62,896 nt of DNA, filler included, from Octopus bimaculoides (GCF_001194135.2; 7 parts of 6 records of this genome joined end to end with filler, not necessarily neighbours in it), one strand, 5' to 3'. Positions 48,769-60,841 are shown, counted from the first letter of the whole stretch. A program made the numbers and translations. Notes: generated by a model not told the origin, from the sequence alone.

Positions 48769-50540
48769 NNNNNNNNNNNNNNNNNNNNNNNNNNNNNNNN
48801 NNNNNNNNNNNNNNNNNNNNNNNNNNNNNNNNNNNNNNNNNNNNNNNNNNNNNNNNNNNNNNNNNNNNNNNNNNNNNNNNNNNNNNNNNNNNNNNNNNNN
48901 NNNNNNNNNNNNNNNNNNNNNNNNNNNNNNNNNNNNNNNNNNNNNNNNNNNNNNNNNNNNNNNNNNNNNNNNNNNNNNNNNNNNNNNNNNNNNNNNNNNN
49001 NNNNNNNNNNNNNNNNNNNNNNNNNNNNNNNNNNNNNNNNNNNNNNNNNNNNNNNNNNNNNNNNNNNNNNNNNNNNNNNNNNNNNNNNNNNNNNNNNNNN
49101 NNNNNNNNNNNNNNNNNNNNNNNNNNNNNNNNNNNNNNNNNNNNNNNNNNNNNNNNNNNNNNNNNNNNNNNNNNNNNNNNNNNNNNNNNNNNNNNNNNNN
49201 NNNNNNNNNNNNNNNNNNNNNNNNNNNNNNNNNNNNNNNNNNNNNNNNNNNNNNNNNNNNNNNNNNNNNNNNNNNNNNNNNNNNNNNNNNNNNNNNNNNN
49301 NNNNNNNNNNNNNNNNNNNNNNNNNNNNNNNNNNNNNNNNNNNNNNNNNNNNNNNNNNNNNNNNNNNNNNNNNNNNNNNNNNNNNNNNNNNNNNNNNNNN
49401 NNNNNNNNNNNNNNNNNNNNNNNNNNNNNNNNNNNNNNNNNNNNNNNNNNNNNNNNNNNNNNNACCACCACAGCCAGCAAAAACAAGAAAAAACAACAAC
49501 AGCGTCGACAGCAACAAGAAGTGCTCTTTGCTGCAATCTTCAGCCGTGCTCCAGCATGGCTGCAGTCAAATGGCTGACACAAGTAAAAGAGCAGTGCTCT
49601 ATAACGCGACAGAAAGAGGTAACGCGGGAGCCTGGACATCATGGGTAGCCCCTTGGTCTTAGTATCAACGGGGCTATTCATCTCTGATGGGTTAAAACAA
49701 TACATAACAGCTCGTAGGTGGCGCCCTTTTGACATCATTACATCTCTTAACTTTTGGCAGAGCAATGTAACACTAGAGCCTCCAGTACACACAACTCTAG
49801 TAAACATAGATTAGCAGTGGAGACCCTAAATTCTGGAACCTCCGAGGTAACACCCCGTTGTACATATCCTTGAAGACGGCACTGCCACTAGGGACACATC
49901 TGTGCCGAGAAAGACCAATGAATGCTTCAATATTAAAAATTTGAAGCATACACACACACACACACACGCTTATACACCGTATTCTGCACACACACGAACG
50001 CACACACACACACACANNNNNNNNNNTTTGAAGCATACACACACACACACACACGCTTATACACCGTATTCTGCACACACACACACATACACACGCTCAT
50101 ACACCGTATTCTGCACACACACGCACGCACACATACACACACACACACACACGCACACACGTATACAGGCACACGTATTCTAAATAAACACTCACAAATT
50201 CACGCTAGTATATGCACACACGCGCGAACATACATACATATATATACATATACGGAAGCAGATACATACATGAACGCATATACAAATACACACGCACGAA
50301 CACAGAGAGGCAATATTAATAGATGTTTATTTTGGAGCGAAGCTGAAAAGATCTGACGAAATTCAAAGAGCAACAACAACAACAACAACAGCGGCATCTA
50401 GAACAACAGTAAAAGCAAGAAGAAGAAGAAGAAGAAGAAGAAGACACAACAACAATAACAACAATAATTGCAAGAAAGAATGGCCACAGTTCCAGAAACT
50501 ATAACAACAGCAGAAAGAAGAATTCGAAAAGGAGGAGGAC

Positions 50541-50640
50541 NNNNNNNNNNNNNNNNNNNNNNNNNNNNNNNNNNNNNNNNNNNNTTAATTAATTAANNNN
50601 NNNNNNNNNNNNNNNNNNNNNNNNNNNNNNNNNNNNNNNN
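50541..50640. other. Artificial scaffold-joining spacer
   Basis: 44 N + TTAATTAATTAA (50585-50596) + 44 N. Confidence 0.95.
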
Positions 50641-50790
50641 AGAACACCTAAGAGAAATCAGCATTGCTTGGAACTGCAAGAATTACTCGCAGGGTTCTTG
50701 AAGCATGACCAGTAAACAAGGGTCACCTTAGTCTGCTGGCTGTGGACAGCTGACACTTTCCATCATACCCAGTAAAATAAACTGTGAGTT
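50641..50790 (+). mobile_element. 3' end of an R4/Dong-clade (REL endonuclease) non-LTR retrotransposon
   Basis: EKSALLGTARITRRVLEA* matches the R4/Dong C-terminal QK.ALLGTA.ILR.VL motif; then 3' UTR and (TAA)n. Confidence 0.65.
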
Positions 50791-50796
50791 TTAATA

Positions 50797-50797
50797 C

Positions 50798-50847
<50 letters not shown>

Positions 50848-50878
50848 TAATAATAATAACAACAACAACAACAATAAT
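50797..50878. repeat. (TAA)n/(CAA)n microsatellite
   Basis: Directly visible. Confidence 0.95.
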
Positions 50879-50879
50879 A

Positions 50880-50975
50880 GAAACAGAAGGGTTTATCATA
50901 ACAGCCCAAGATCAATGCCTACCTACAAGGAACTACCAGGCTAACATATTAAAGAACGGCAGATCCCCAATATGT
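50880..50975 (+). mobile_element. Internal fragment of an R4/Dong-clade retrotransposon
   Basis: ETEGFIITAQDQCLPTRNYQANILKNGRSPIC matches the R4/Dong TEGF..A.QDQ.L.TRNY motif preceding the CCHC finger. Confidence 0.65.
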
Positions 50976-52049
50976 TTTATTCACTTCTCCCTACATCAGA
51001 GATAAGGAATTCTCATCTGAGCATGTGAATGTCTGCGAGTACGCGCCATTGAAAGGGCTTCTGGCGCTCTCGCTGGCCACTGCTGGGCAATTTTGCATTT
51101 TTTGACATTTATTCTGTTCCAACACAACAAGGTCATAAGCGATGTTATCTCAGGTCAAGTTCCTCAGTAATTGGCCTATCAGCAATGTGTGGCTGTTCCA
51201 ATTATGAGCATTTTTTTTTTTGACTGAGCCAGCATGATTTTAAGAAGTTTTGGTCAGAAACAGAATATTGAAGATAATGGTATGTGGGAAACGCTGACCC
51301 TTCGGCGGGTTGGCCGGCTCCTAATATGTATTATTTTGACTAAAAAGTAACGAAGTTGCTCTTTAAAATTAGGTCGTGTCAACTTTTATTTCTCAATCAA
51401 TGCCTCCCATAACAGCCGAGGAATAAGCGCCGCCATATTACATTAATGTTACGCAATATTTAGTACTTGTAAATTGGTTGTTGACATTTACAAGGAACCA
51501 GGATAGGAACAAAGAAAAAGTGCAGACTCTCGACCAAAACCAGAAATTATATCAACAGGATTTCTGAGAACGAGAAAGTGATACAAAAGGAAATCACTCA
51601 CACACTACTGCTACTACTACTACTACTACTACTACTACAGTCACTACTGCTGTTAGTAGTAGTAGTAATAGTAGTAGCAGCAGCAGTGGTGGCGGTGGTG
51701 GTGGTGGTTGCGAAGTTGTGCCGTCCGGAGTAGTCCTTGAGTTCGTATTCGCCACCCGAGAAACAATATAATACTTATTAAAGCCGCCGTCCCTCTAAAA
51801 CGTCGTCCGAGCGCGGACTGCCCTTCTCACACCCTCACAGCTAGGTTAGTTAGCAGTAGTAGAAATAGTAGTAGTGGTGGTTGTGGTAGTGATGGTGGTG
51901 GTGGTGGTGGTGGTGGTGGTGATATTTCAAAGAATGAAAGTCAAAGTTGACCTCTGTGGGATTTGAACTAAGAGCAGCCGGAACAAATGCCCCAAAGGAA
52001 CTATATTTTCTCCGAAGCACTGTTGGTTCTTCCTATCCACCACAGTAAT

Positions 52050-52500
52050 AATGCTTTCAAATTTCGGCCCAAGGAAGGAATAAGTTGATTACATCGACCA
52101 CAGTGTTCAGCTGGTACTTATTTAACCGACCCTGAAAAGATAAAAGGTAAAATCGCCCTTGGCGGAATTTGAACTCAGAACGTAAAGACGAACGAAATNN
52201 NNNNNNNNNNNNNNNNNNNNNNNNNNNNNNNNNNNNNNNNNNNNNNNNNNNNNNNNNAATACCCGTAAGCATTTTGCCCGGCATGCTAACGATTCAGCCA
52301 GCTCGCAACTAATATTGATTTCAAATTTTTGCCACAAGGGCAGCTTGGGGGAGGGGATTAAGTCGATTACATCGACCTCAGTGCGTAACTGGTACTTATT
52401 TCATCGACCCTGAAAGGATGACAGGCGGAATTTGAACTCAGAACGTAAAAACGGACGACATACGGCTGTGCATTTCGCCCGGTGTGCTAACGAGCCTGCC
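52050..52500 (-). mobile_element. Two tandem SINE family B copies
   Basis: AAGTCGATTACATCGAC...GGTACTTATTT...GGCGGAATTTGAACTCAGAACGTAAA twice, separated by a small gap. Confidence 0.8.
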
Positions 52501-53554
52501 AGTCATTTCAATCTTGTCCCTTTACCATAGACACCAGACAGGAAAACTGCCTGCTCTTCACGGCCAAAAGAAGGAAGCGTGGTATCTTAGCAACAGACTC
52601 GGCTGACACCTGGATCTGTTTTACATGTAGATAGCAGGTGTTGGACATAATTCCATGAGCACTTCCGACCTGGTCAATGGTCCAGTTCAACTTCCTTTCA
52701 AGACTTCATTTCTAGTCTATGTCTACGCCCTGGATAACTAAGATTAACCTCGTAACGCTGCTGCTACAACAACTTTCAAATGAAGCAGGCAAAAATAGAT
52801 GCTTCTTATTCGTTGAACTATTTATTGTATTATTTACCTAAGACCAAAGAACGAAACGAATGTGAACTTAACAACTCAATACAGGTACAACACCGACGTT
52901 CCGGACACTGGTGGTCTGGAATCCCTTATAATCTTCATAAATTTACGATCAGGAACTTCAAATTCCCAATTGCACTGTACAATATTAATAAGCTTGTATC
53001 AGTTATACTAACGTAAATGAACTTGTTTTCCATTTGATTATTTAAGCAAATTTAATATTTGCTTAATTCAGAGGTGACCATCCATGGTGTGGAAACATCA
53101 GTAATCTAGAAGGGCCTTGAGTGAAAAGGTTCCGGAAAATCGACGTTGTACTTGTATCTTATGCATCGCACTTTTTACCAACGTATATAAATTTGGATGG
53201 TTCTAATTCTACATAAACACCTATCAAGTGTATTCTATTAAACAGAATAAAACAAAGGACTATTATTCCATCAAGGAATTAATGGTCGTGACTTCGTTCG
53301 TATTTTAAGCTTAAAGATTTGTTCCCATGGAACGACATCAAAAACATTAGAACAACACAAAATATTTGACCTCTGCTTCCAATTTCCTGTTGAAACGATT
53401 ATCTGGGTGCAGCAAGCAATAATATATTTTCAAATTGCATCATATTTACTGCTTGTTATGTGAAAGAAGTGCATATCTCTGCATCAGTGTTTCCGTTGCT
53501 TGTGTGTGTGTATGTGTGTGTGTGTGTGTGTGTGTGTACGCAATTCAAACACGC

Positions 53555-53945
53555 TGTGTGGTAAGAAGTTTGCTTTTCAACCACATGGTTTCGAGTACAG
53601 CCCCATTGCCCTGACACTTTGGGCAAATGTCTCCTACAATAGCCTTGAGCCGACCAAAACCTTGTGAGTAGATTTGGTAGACGGAAACTGAGAGAAGCCC
53701 ATCACACACATATATATATATATGTCTATTATGTGTGTATGTGTAGTATGTGTGTGATTGTGTTTGTCCCGCTCCACTGCTTCGGTGTTGGTTTGTTTAC
53801 ACACCCATAACTTAATGCCTCGGCAAAAGAAACCAAAAGAAAAGTACTAGACTTGAAAAGGAACCACTGAGGTTGATTTGTTCGACTAAAGCCTTCAAGG
53901 CATTGTCCCAGCATGACCGCACTCTAATTAATGAAACAAGTAAAA
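53555..53945 (+). mobile_element. SINE family A, full length with internal microsatellite
   Basis: Head, core, (TA/TG)n and tail ...CCAGCATGACCGCA...GAAACAAGTAAAAG. Confidence 0.8.
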
Positions 53946-54519
53946 GCACGAATATATATATTTTGTGCTATGGTATTTGAAATGGAGTGGCGTAGAAACA
54001 ATTGTAACTAATAAGAAAAAAAACTGTGCTTAAATTCATTCTTCGTCTTCTCAGTTGTATCATACACACACACACACACATCTATATACAGACACATATG
54101 TATATGTAGATAGATAGATAGTTGTGTGTGTGTGTGTGTGTGTGTGTGTGCACGCTGCGCGTCTGAATATTCCTTTTCTAATCCAGTTGGAAAAGAGTAG
54201 CTCTTTTGCAATATTTGCAACGATGATACATGTGAAATATTGAATTTTATAGTTGTTTTTATTTTTTTTTTTTTACCATATTTCTCTGCTTCCAATAATA
54301 AATGGAATTTGGATTTGTCATTCTTATAATATTCCTTCTTAACTGAATCTTCTTAAAATAAAGATGGCAGTATTCTGTAACATATTCCAACCGACTAATA
54401 TTTAAAGATATTAAATGAAACTTATATGAAATCTACCATGATAGCAGGTTTCGTTATTTAAGTATTTTCACGGAATTTTCTTTTCATTTGTTTCCGAAAT
54501 ATAATATTGTCTTTTATCT

Positions 54520-54950
54520 TTGACTTTTTTCGGTCATTGGGCTACGGCCATGCTGGAGCACCGCCTTGAAAGCTTGTTTTTCAGTCGAATAAATCGATCC
54601 TGCAGTGCTTATTTTATTTTTGAAGTCTGTCGTTGTCTATTGTCGAACCACTAAGTTACGGGTACGAAACCAAACCACTCGTCAAGTGATTAGAAGGTCA
54701 CACACACACAGATACAAATAGACACACACATACATGACCGTAGTCTCATAACTGAAACAAGTAAAAGATAAAAGATAGATATATATGACGGGCTTCTACA
54801 CAGTTTCCATCTACCAAATATTCACAAATCCATGGTCTGCCTGGGGTTATAGTTGAAGACATTTGCCTAAAGTGCTGCACCGTGAGATTGAAACCGAAAG
54901 CACGTGGCTGCAAAGCAAACTTTTTCAGCACACAGCCATACCTGCTCCAA
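54520..54950 (-). mobile_element. SINE family A, full length
   Basis: GGCCATGCTGGAGCACCGCC tail through head ACACAGCCATACCTGCTCC. Confidence 0.8.
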
Positions 54951-55744
54951 CATATAAGACTTAAATAGTCTTATAATAAACTCTTTATTAATAATGTCCT
55001 ATACATCTATGACTCTTTCCCTTAAGACATTGCATAAAATGTGCTTTGATGGAGATTTGGCTGCTATTTCTTGCAGGCTTAACGCCCACGTAGACGTTAC
55101 CTCAGCAACTCGTCCTTACCTCAGTTTGTATTATACGTAACATGTCAATGCAATAACAGCGGTCGTTAGCGTGTACAGGAGCTTCATTAGCGTGTATAGG
55201 GGCTATTAGGTTGCAGTAATTAATTTCAACAGTACAGAGATAAATACTTCCAAAATAACCAAAGTATTTGATCAGACTAATGTTGTAATAAACAATAAAA
55301 GGATTCCTAGTTCGAAAATGGAAATAAAATTCTTCAGAAGTAACTCAATTATTTTTATTGGAAAATTAATCTATTAATGACTGAATTAATTAGTTTTAAA
55401 AACTAATTATGAGTTTTTTAATTGATTGTCAATGCGTAAATTGATATTTGTATAGCTTCGGAATGGCAATATATTCTTTACTAACCGAAAAAATAATGGT
55501 GATGAAAACAAAGAACCAAAACAAAATCCCTGAACATTCACAATAAATGCTGCTATCGAAGAATTTGTAAATCTTTGGTAAAAGTTATGGTGAGTTGTCT
55601 TTTTCCGAAATCGTCTTATAAATAAGTTTTGTTTTCGTTTTGTAAATCAGCAGTGGCTCTAAAAATGGAGTTTGGATATCAACAAAGTGTAAAGTTACAC
55701 ACTAAATGCTAGCAATCTTGCATATTTTGACCTTTACAGATTTG

Positions 55745-56230
55745 CGTAATAAATATATATTAAATGGCGTCTTTATATATTAAATGACGTCTTTATATAT
55801 TAAATGGCGTCTTTAGATATTGGTTTCAGATTTTGGAACACATTCAGCAAATTCGAGGAGGGGTAAGTCGATTAGATCGGTCCTAGTGATTATCTGGTAC
55901 TCATTTTATCAATCCCAAAAGAATAAGAGGTAAAATCGACCTCGGCAGAATTTGAACTCAGAACGTAAAGATGAACAAAGCGTCGCTAAGCATTTTGCTC
56001 GACGTGCTAACCATTCTGCCAGCTCCTCACCTGAGATGGCCTTTATACATTCTATAGCCATATAATAGATGGCATTTATATATTAGATGGTACTTATATA
56101 TTAGATAACATTTATAAATTAGATGGTCTTTACATATCAGATGTCTTATTTATACATTAGATGGTGTTTATATATTATTAATTAGTCATTATATATCAGA
56201 GGGTCTTCATATATTAGACGGCCCTTCTAA
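55745..56230. repeat. 18-20-bp minisatellite (TTTATATATTA(G/A)ATGGC..) interrupted by a SINE
   Basis: Three 20-bp units at 55750-55815 and about ten degenerate units at 56032-56225. Confidence 0.75.
55822..56031 (-). mobile_element. SINE family B
   Basis: TGGTTTCAGATTTTGG...AATCGACCTCGGCAGAATTTGAACTCAGAACGTAAAG...CTGCCAGCTCCTCACCT. Confidence 0.8.
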
Positions 56231-56249
56231 ATGCCATCAATTGGTAGCA

Positions 56250-56563
56250 TTACACAAAAGTTGGCTGAAAAAGCAGCCATCATTTGTCAATTGAAAAGGG
56301 GAATTGTCTTACACGCTAGCGTAAAGACTAAATATTGCTCAAGTTACTCAAGAACAGATTACTCTCTACTCTCCCGGCCTTGGTCCATCAGACTATCTGT
56401 CTTTTCAGATCATTGCAAAATTATTCACAGGGAAAACTGTTTACTAATTGTGAAGAGATTAAAGATGATACTGAGTTTCTTCGCAGCCTGAAGAAATTTA
56501 CGTCCAAGGGATCAACAATTTGTCAAATAGATGGGATTATGTTATCAATAATGAAGGTAAATT
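56250..56563 (+). mobile_element. Mariner transposase 3' remnant
   Basis: Across frameshifts: KRGIVLH, PSDY, FRSLQNYSQGKLFTNCEEIK, GINNLSNRWDYVINNEG. Confidence 0.6.
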
Positions 56564-56564
56564 A

Positions 56565-56789
56565 GGGCGGCTAGGAGCTGGCAGAAACGTTAGCACGCCG
56601 GGCGAAATGCTTAGAGGTATTTCGTCTGCCGTTATGTTCTGAGTTCAAATTCCGCCGAGGTCGACTTTGCTTTCCATCCTTTCGGGGTCGATAAATTAAG
56701 TACCAGTTGAGTATTGGGATCGATCTAATCGACTGGCCCCCTCCTCCAAAATTTCAGGCCTTGTGCCTAGAGTAAAAAAGAAAGAAAAC
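56565..56789 (+). mobile_element. SINE family B, full length with ~17-bp TSD
   Basis: Flanked by ATAATGAAGGTAAATTA (56548-56564) and ATAATGAGGGTAAATAA (56790-56806). Confidence 0.85.
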
Positions 56790-56879
56790 ATAATGAGGGT
56801 AAATAATATCTTGATTAAATCATACAAGGCTGCGAGCTGGCAGAATCGTTAGCGGTAATTAGTCGAACAAATCGACCAA

Positions 56880-56992
56880 TACCTTTTTTTTAATTTGGTA
56901 CTTATTCACTCAGCCATTTTTTTGTCGAATCGTTAAGCAGTGCAAGGAGAGAAACTCAAAGGCGCACACACATGCATGCATACATACATACA

Positions 56993-57029
<37 letters not shown>

Positions 57030-57215
57030 GCGTGTGCTTAAGTATATACAACGGGTTTCCACACAATTTCCGCCCACCAAATTCATAATTCCTTTACAAG
57101 GTATCAGTTCAACCGAAGCTGTGATAGAAGTCACTTACGCAAGGTGGCGCGCAGAGGGACTGAACCCGAAACCATGCGGTTGCAAAGCGAGCTTCTTAAC
57201 TACACATCCATGCCC
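56880..57215 (-). mobile_element. SINE family A, diverged
   Basis: GGGACTGAACCCGAAACCATG...GCTTCTTAACTACACATCCATGCC head plus internal (TA)n. Confidence 0.7.
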
Positions 57216-57816
57216 ACGCCTATTAAAAAATGTTGAGCATTTCACGCTTTTACGTGCGATCTTTTTTTTGTTATTAAAATTAGATTTTAGTCATCGGCTT
57301 TGTTTGTGTGTTCCTGATAAAATTTTAGATGAATAAATACTTTTGAATACATAAGTATCAATTTTAGTTATTTTCGCATCTATATTAATACGTAAGTATT
57401 ATTTCTAGAACCATGTGTATTGTATAATTGTCATTTCCACACGTCTCCGTCTCGATGTATTCAGGAAAAGAAAGTAAAGAACGAAACGAGAGACAAATGA
57501 CTTTACATAAAGCAATAAGCACAAAAGAATAACAGATGCGAATTGAAAACAGTATAATGAGAATAAAATGTCTTGGTTATATATTGTAATTTGGACACTG
57601 ACGACAATCTCACCTGGTGTCAGACTGACCTGGTGACGAACTGACTGAAGATGAAGAGACCAGACGATGTACATTTATAACATATAAACGCATATATATT
57701 ATATATGCAATGCACTTTTTGGTGTTATTTCTATGTCTTGGTAGTATTTTTTAATTTCTATATAATAATTATGAAACGATTTGTGTTTAAGATCTGATAT
57801 TTGTATTTGTAATAAT

Positions 57817-58030
57817 GGCTTCCAATTTTGGCATCAGGCTAGCGATTCGGGGAGGTCGTAAATCGATTGCATCGATCCCAGTGTTCAACTGGTATTTATT
57901 TTATCGATTCCGAAAGGATGAAAGGCAAAGTCGATGCCGGCGGAATTTGAACTCGGAATACTAAAGACAAACAAAATACCGTTAAGCATGTTATCCGGCG
58001 TGCTAACGACACTGTTAGCTCACCGCTTTC
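57817..58030 (-). mobile_element. SINE family B with ~16-bp TSD
   Basis: Flanks TTGTATTTGTAATAAT (57801-57816) and TTGTGTTTGTAATAAT (58033-58048). Confidence 0.85.
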
Positions 58031-58059
58031 GCTTGTGTTTGTAATAATATACAGATATT

Positions 58060-58250
58060 AAGGCGTTGAGCTGACAGAGTCGTTAGCACGCCGGTCTAAA
58101 TGCGTAGCGGCATTTCGTCCGTCTTTACGTTCTGAGTTCAAATTCCGCTGGGATCAACCTTACTTTTCATTCTCTCGGGGTTGATAAAAAAGAATACCAT
58201 TTGAACACTGGGTTCGATGTAATCAACTTACCACTCCTCCGAATGTTGCG
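58060..58250 (+). mobile_element. SINE family B
   Basis: AAGGCGTTGAGCTGACAGAGTCGTTAGCACGCCGG...TTCTGAGTTCAAATTCCG. Confidence 0.8.
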
Positions 58251-58432
58251 TTTTTTAAGCAAACAGAAAATTAATTGGGAATTTTCATACGGAGCAGTTT
58301 CGAGAGTGAGTGTCTTCTCATTAGAAAAGATGCATCCTCATTATTCACTACCCAGAAAAATCGTAGTTTAAATCGTCCTATATAGCAGTAGCTTACCAGA
58401 TTATAGCATTAAAAGGTTTTATTATTTTGTTA

Positions 58433-58817
58433 TCTATAATACACTACGAGTCAGTTTGAAGCTTGCTTGCTTGCTTGCTTGCAATGTTACCTAGCCAAAC
58501 TAGAGCATAATGGGAAAATACTATGAAAATAACCTGAAATGTTAATACAAACGCAATGAAACAAGTTTCGCGTAAATCGGAGCGGTAGTTATTGAGATAT
58601 TCGGGGTTTGGCGGGTATGAATACTCAAAACGGTGCATAATGGGAAAATGTTTCGAATGTAACTTTATCCTGTAAGGGAAGAACCTTTAATCTTTCGATG
58701 TCACATTCGTTGAAAGCGTGCGAAATAACTTGGAAAAGAGAAAAATCCACGAAGCAAAACTCCGTTGCCTGGAAACTCAGAGTTTCCCGGTAACCCAAGG
58801 GGTCACGAGTAGTCTAG
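58433..58817 (+). mobile_element. Non-autonomous Helitron (385 bp)
   Basis: 5' TC after A (58432), 3' CTAG before T (58818); subterminal hairpin GTAACCC-AAG-GGGTCAC (58790-58806); internal (GCTT)n near the 5' end; no TSD. Confidence 0.75.
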
Positions 58818-59288
58818 TTAGCAATATATTTTATTAAATTAGGTATATTTATATAGAACAGCAAAACTCAGAATACTACTGTGTACAGTGGCTTAGATTA
58901 GTAGTTTGTTTGGGTAACCGAGAAACGAGAGCACAGCTTCTCTGAAGAGGAGACAATCATCCTTGAAACAGATTTATTAGAAAATTCATAATGTTTCATT
59001 TATTCTATAGAACACTGGAATACTACGTAGGTGAAAAGTTCACTCCTTTTATACTATACATACATACATACATACATGCATGCATGTATGTGTAAATATA
59101 TGTATACGTGTATAAACGAACGAAAGCGTTTATAAAGAACTATTCACAATTTTGACTGCCTCCTTCTTAATATATATCTGTACACCACTTCAAACACTCT
59201 ATGCATATATTTACATAAACAAATATGTAAAGACATATATATTATGTACACACACAGACACATGTTATATAGAAATACATGTATACTA

Positions 59289-59328
<40 letters not shown>

Positions 59329-59333
59329 AAGAG

Positions 59334-59378
<45 letters not shown>

Positions 59379-59983
59379 TGAACATATTTTCCTTGTTTAC
59401 TTAACCTTGTCACTTTTCTGAATTCTGAAGTCGCCACATCTACTCTCAGTCTGCACCGTTAATACTTCGTCTTTACGCATTGCTCTGAGAGTTTTTCTTC
59501 AAATAGAAATATATGTTTAGTATTATAATATATGTTGAATTTACACAGTGTGAAAATCTAAACGTAACCTAGGAAATACGCTGTCTTCGGAAGCCATCAC
59601 TTGGCATTAATTCAAGTAAACATCATTGGAAGCAGCTCACCTTATATGTCTAAAATTTTCATAAAAGAAATTATATATATATATATTCGGTTTTCAAATA
59701 CATTCATTCGCTTTTCGTTTTTTCCATTTATTATTAACATTATTGTTTGAATTAACACGAAAAGTATTTTTCTTATACTGTTTTTATGGTGTTTTTTTCC
59801 ATAGCTTTATTCTTCCCCTGTAAATTTTGTATATCTTGTTTGAAATTTGAATAAATTTTACCTTCGTTTTTCTATCATGAGAGTTGTGTGTCATGTGGGT
59901 GGAAAAATTAAAACAGGATTTGTCTGACAAACCAATATGTACATCTGTATATGTACACACACACACACACACACACACGTGTG

Positions 59984-60016
<33 letters not shown>

Positions 60017-60806
60017 CTATATGTATATATATATGTATATGTATATTTACATATATTAATTTGTATATGTACATATCCATATATATATATANNNNNNNNN
60101 NNNNNNNNNNNNNNNNNNNNNNNNNNNNNNNNNNNNNNNNNNNNNNNNNNNNNNNNNNNNNNNNNNNNNNNNNNNNNNNNNNNNNNNNNNNNNNNNNNNN
60201 NNNNNNNNNNNNNNNNNNNNNNNNNNNNNNNNNNNNNNNNNNNNNNNNNNNNNNNNNNNNNNNNNNNNNNNNNNNNNNNNNNNNNNNNNNNNNNNNNNNN
60301 NNNNNNNNNNNNNNNNNNNNNNNNNNNNNNNNNNNNNNNNNNNNNNNNNNNNNNNNNNNNNNNNNNNNNNNNNNNNNNNNNNNNNNNNNNNNNNNNNNNN
60401 NNNNNNNNNNNNNNNNNNNNNNNNNNNNNNNNNNNNNNNNNNNNNNNNNNNNNNNNNNNNNNNNNNNNNNNNNNNNNNNNNNNNNNNNNNNNNNNNNNNN
60501 NNNNNNNNNNNNNNNNNNNNNNNNNNNNNNNNNNNNNNNNNNNNNNNNNNNNNNNNNNNNNNNNNNNNNNNNNNNNNNNNNNNNNNNNNNNNNNNNNNNN
60601 NNNNNNNNNNNNNNNNNNNNNNNNNNNNNNNNNNNNNNNNNNNNNNNNNNNNNNNNNNNNNNNNNNNNNNNNNNNNNNNNNNNNNNNNNNNNNNNNNNNN
60701 NNNNNNNNNNNNNNNNNNNNNNNNNNNNNNNNNNNNNNNNNNNNNNNNNNNNNNNNNNNNNNNNNNNNNNNNNNNNNNNNNNNNNNNNNNNNNNNNNNNN
60801 NNNNNN

Positions 60807-60841
<35 letters not shown>

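Noticed and set aside
49620-49662. TSP1-like GAWTSWVAPWS
   Set aside because: Followed at once by a stop, lacks the TSP1 cysteines, and the frame begins in a SINE tail.
49941-50100. About 75-bp direct duplication as a biological repeat
   Set aside because: The copies flank a 10-N gap, typical of overlapping contig ends left unmerged.
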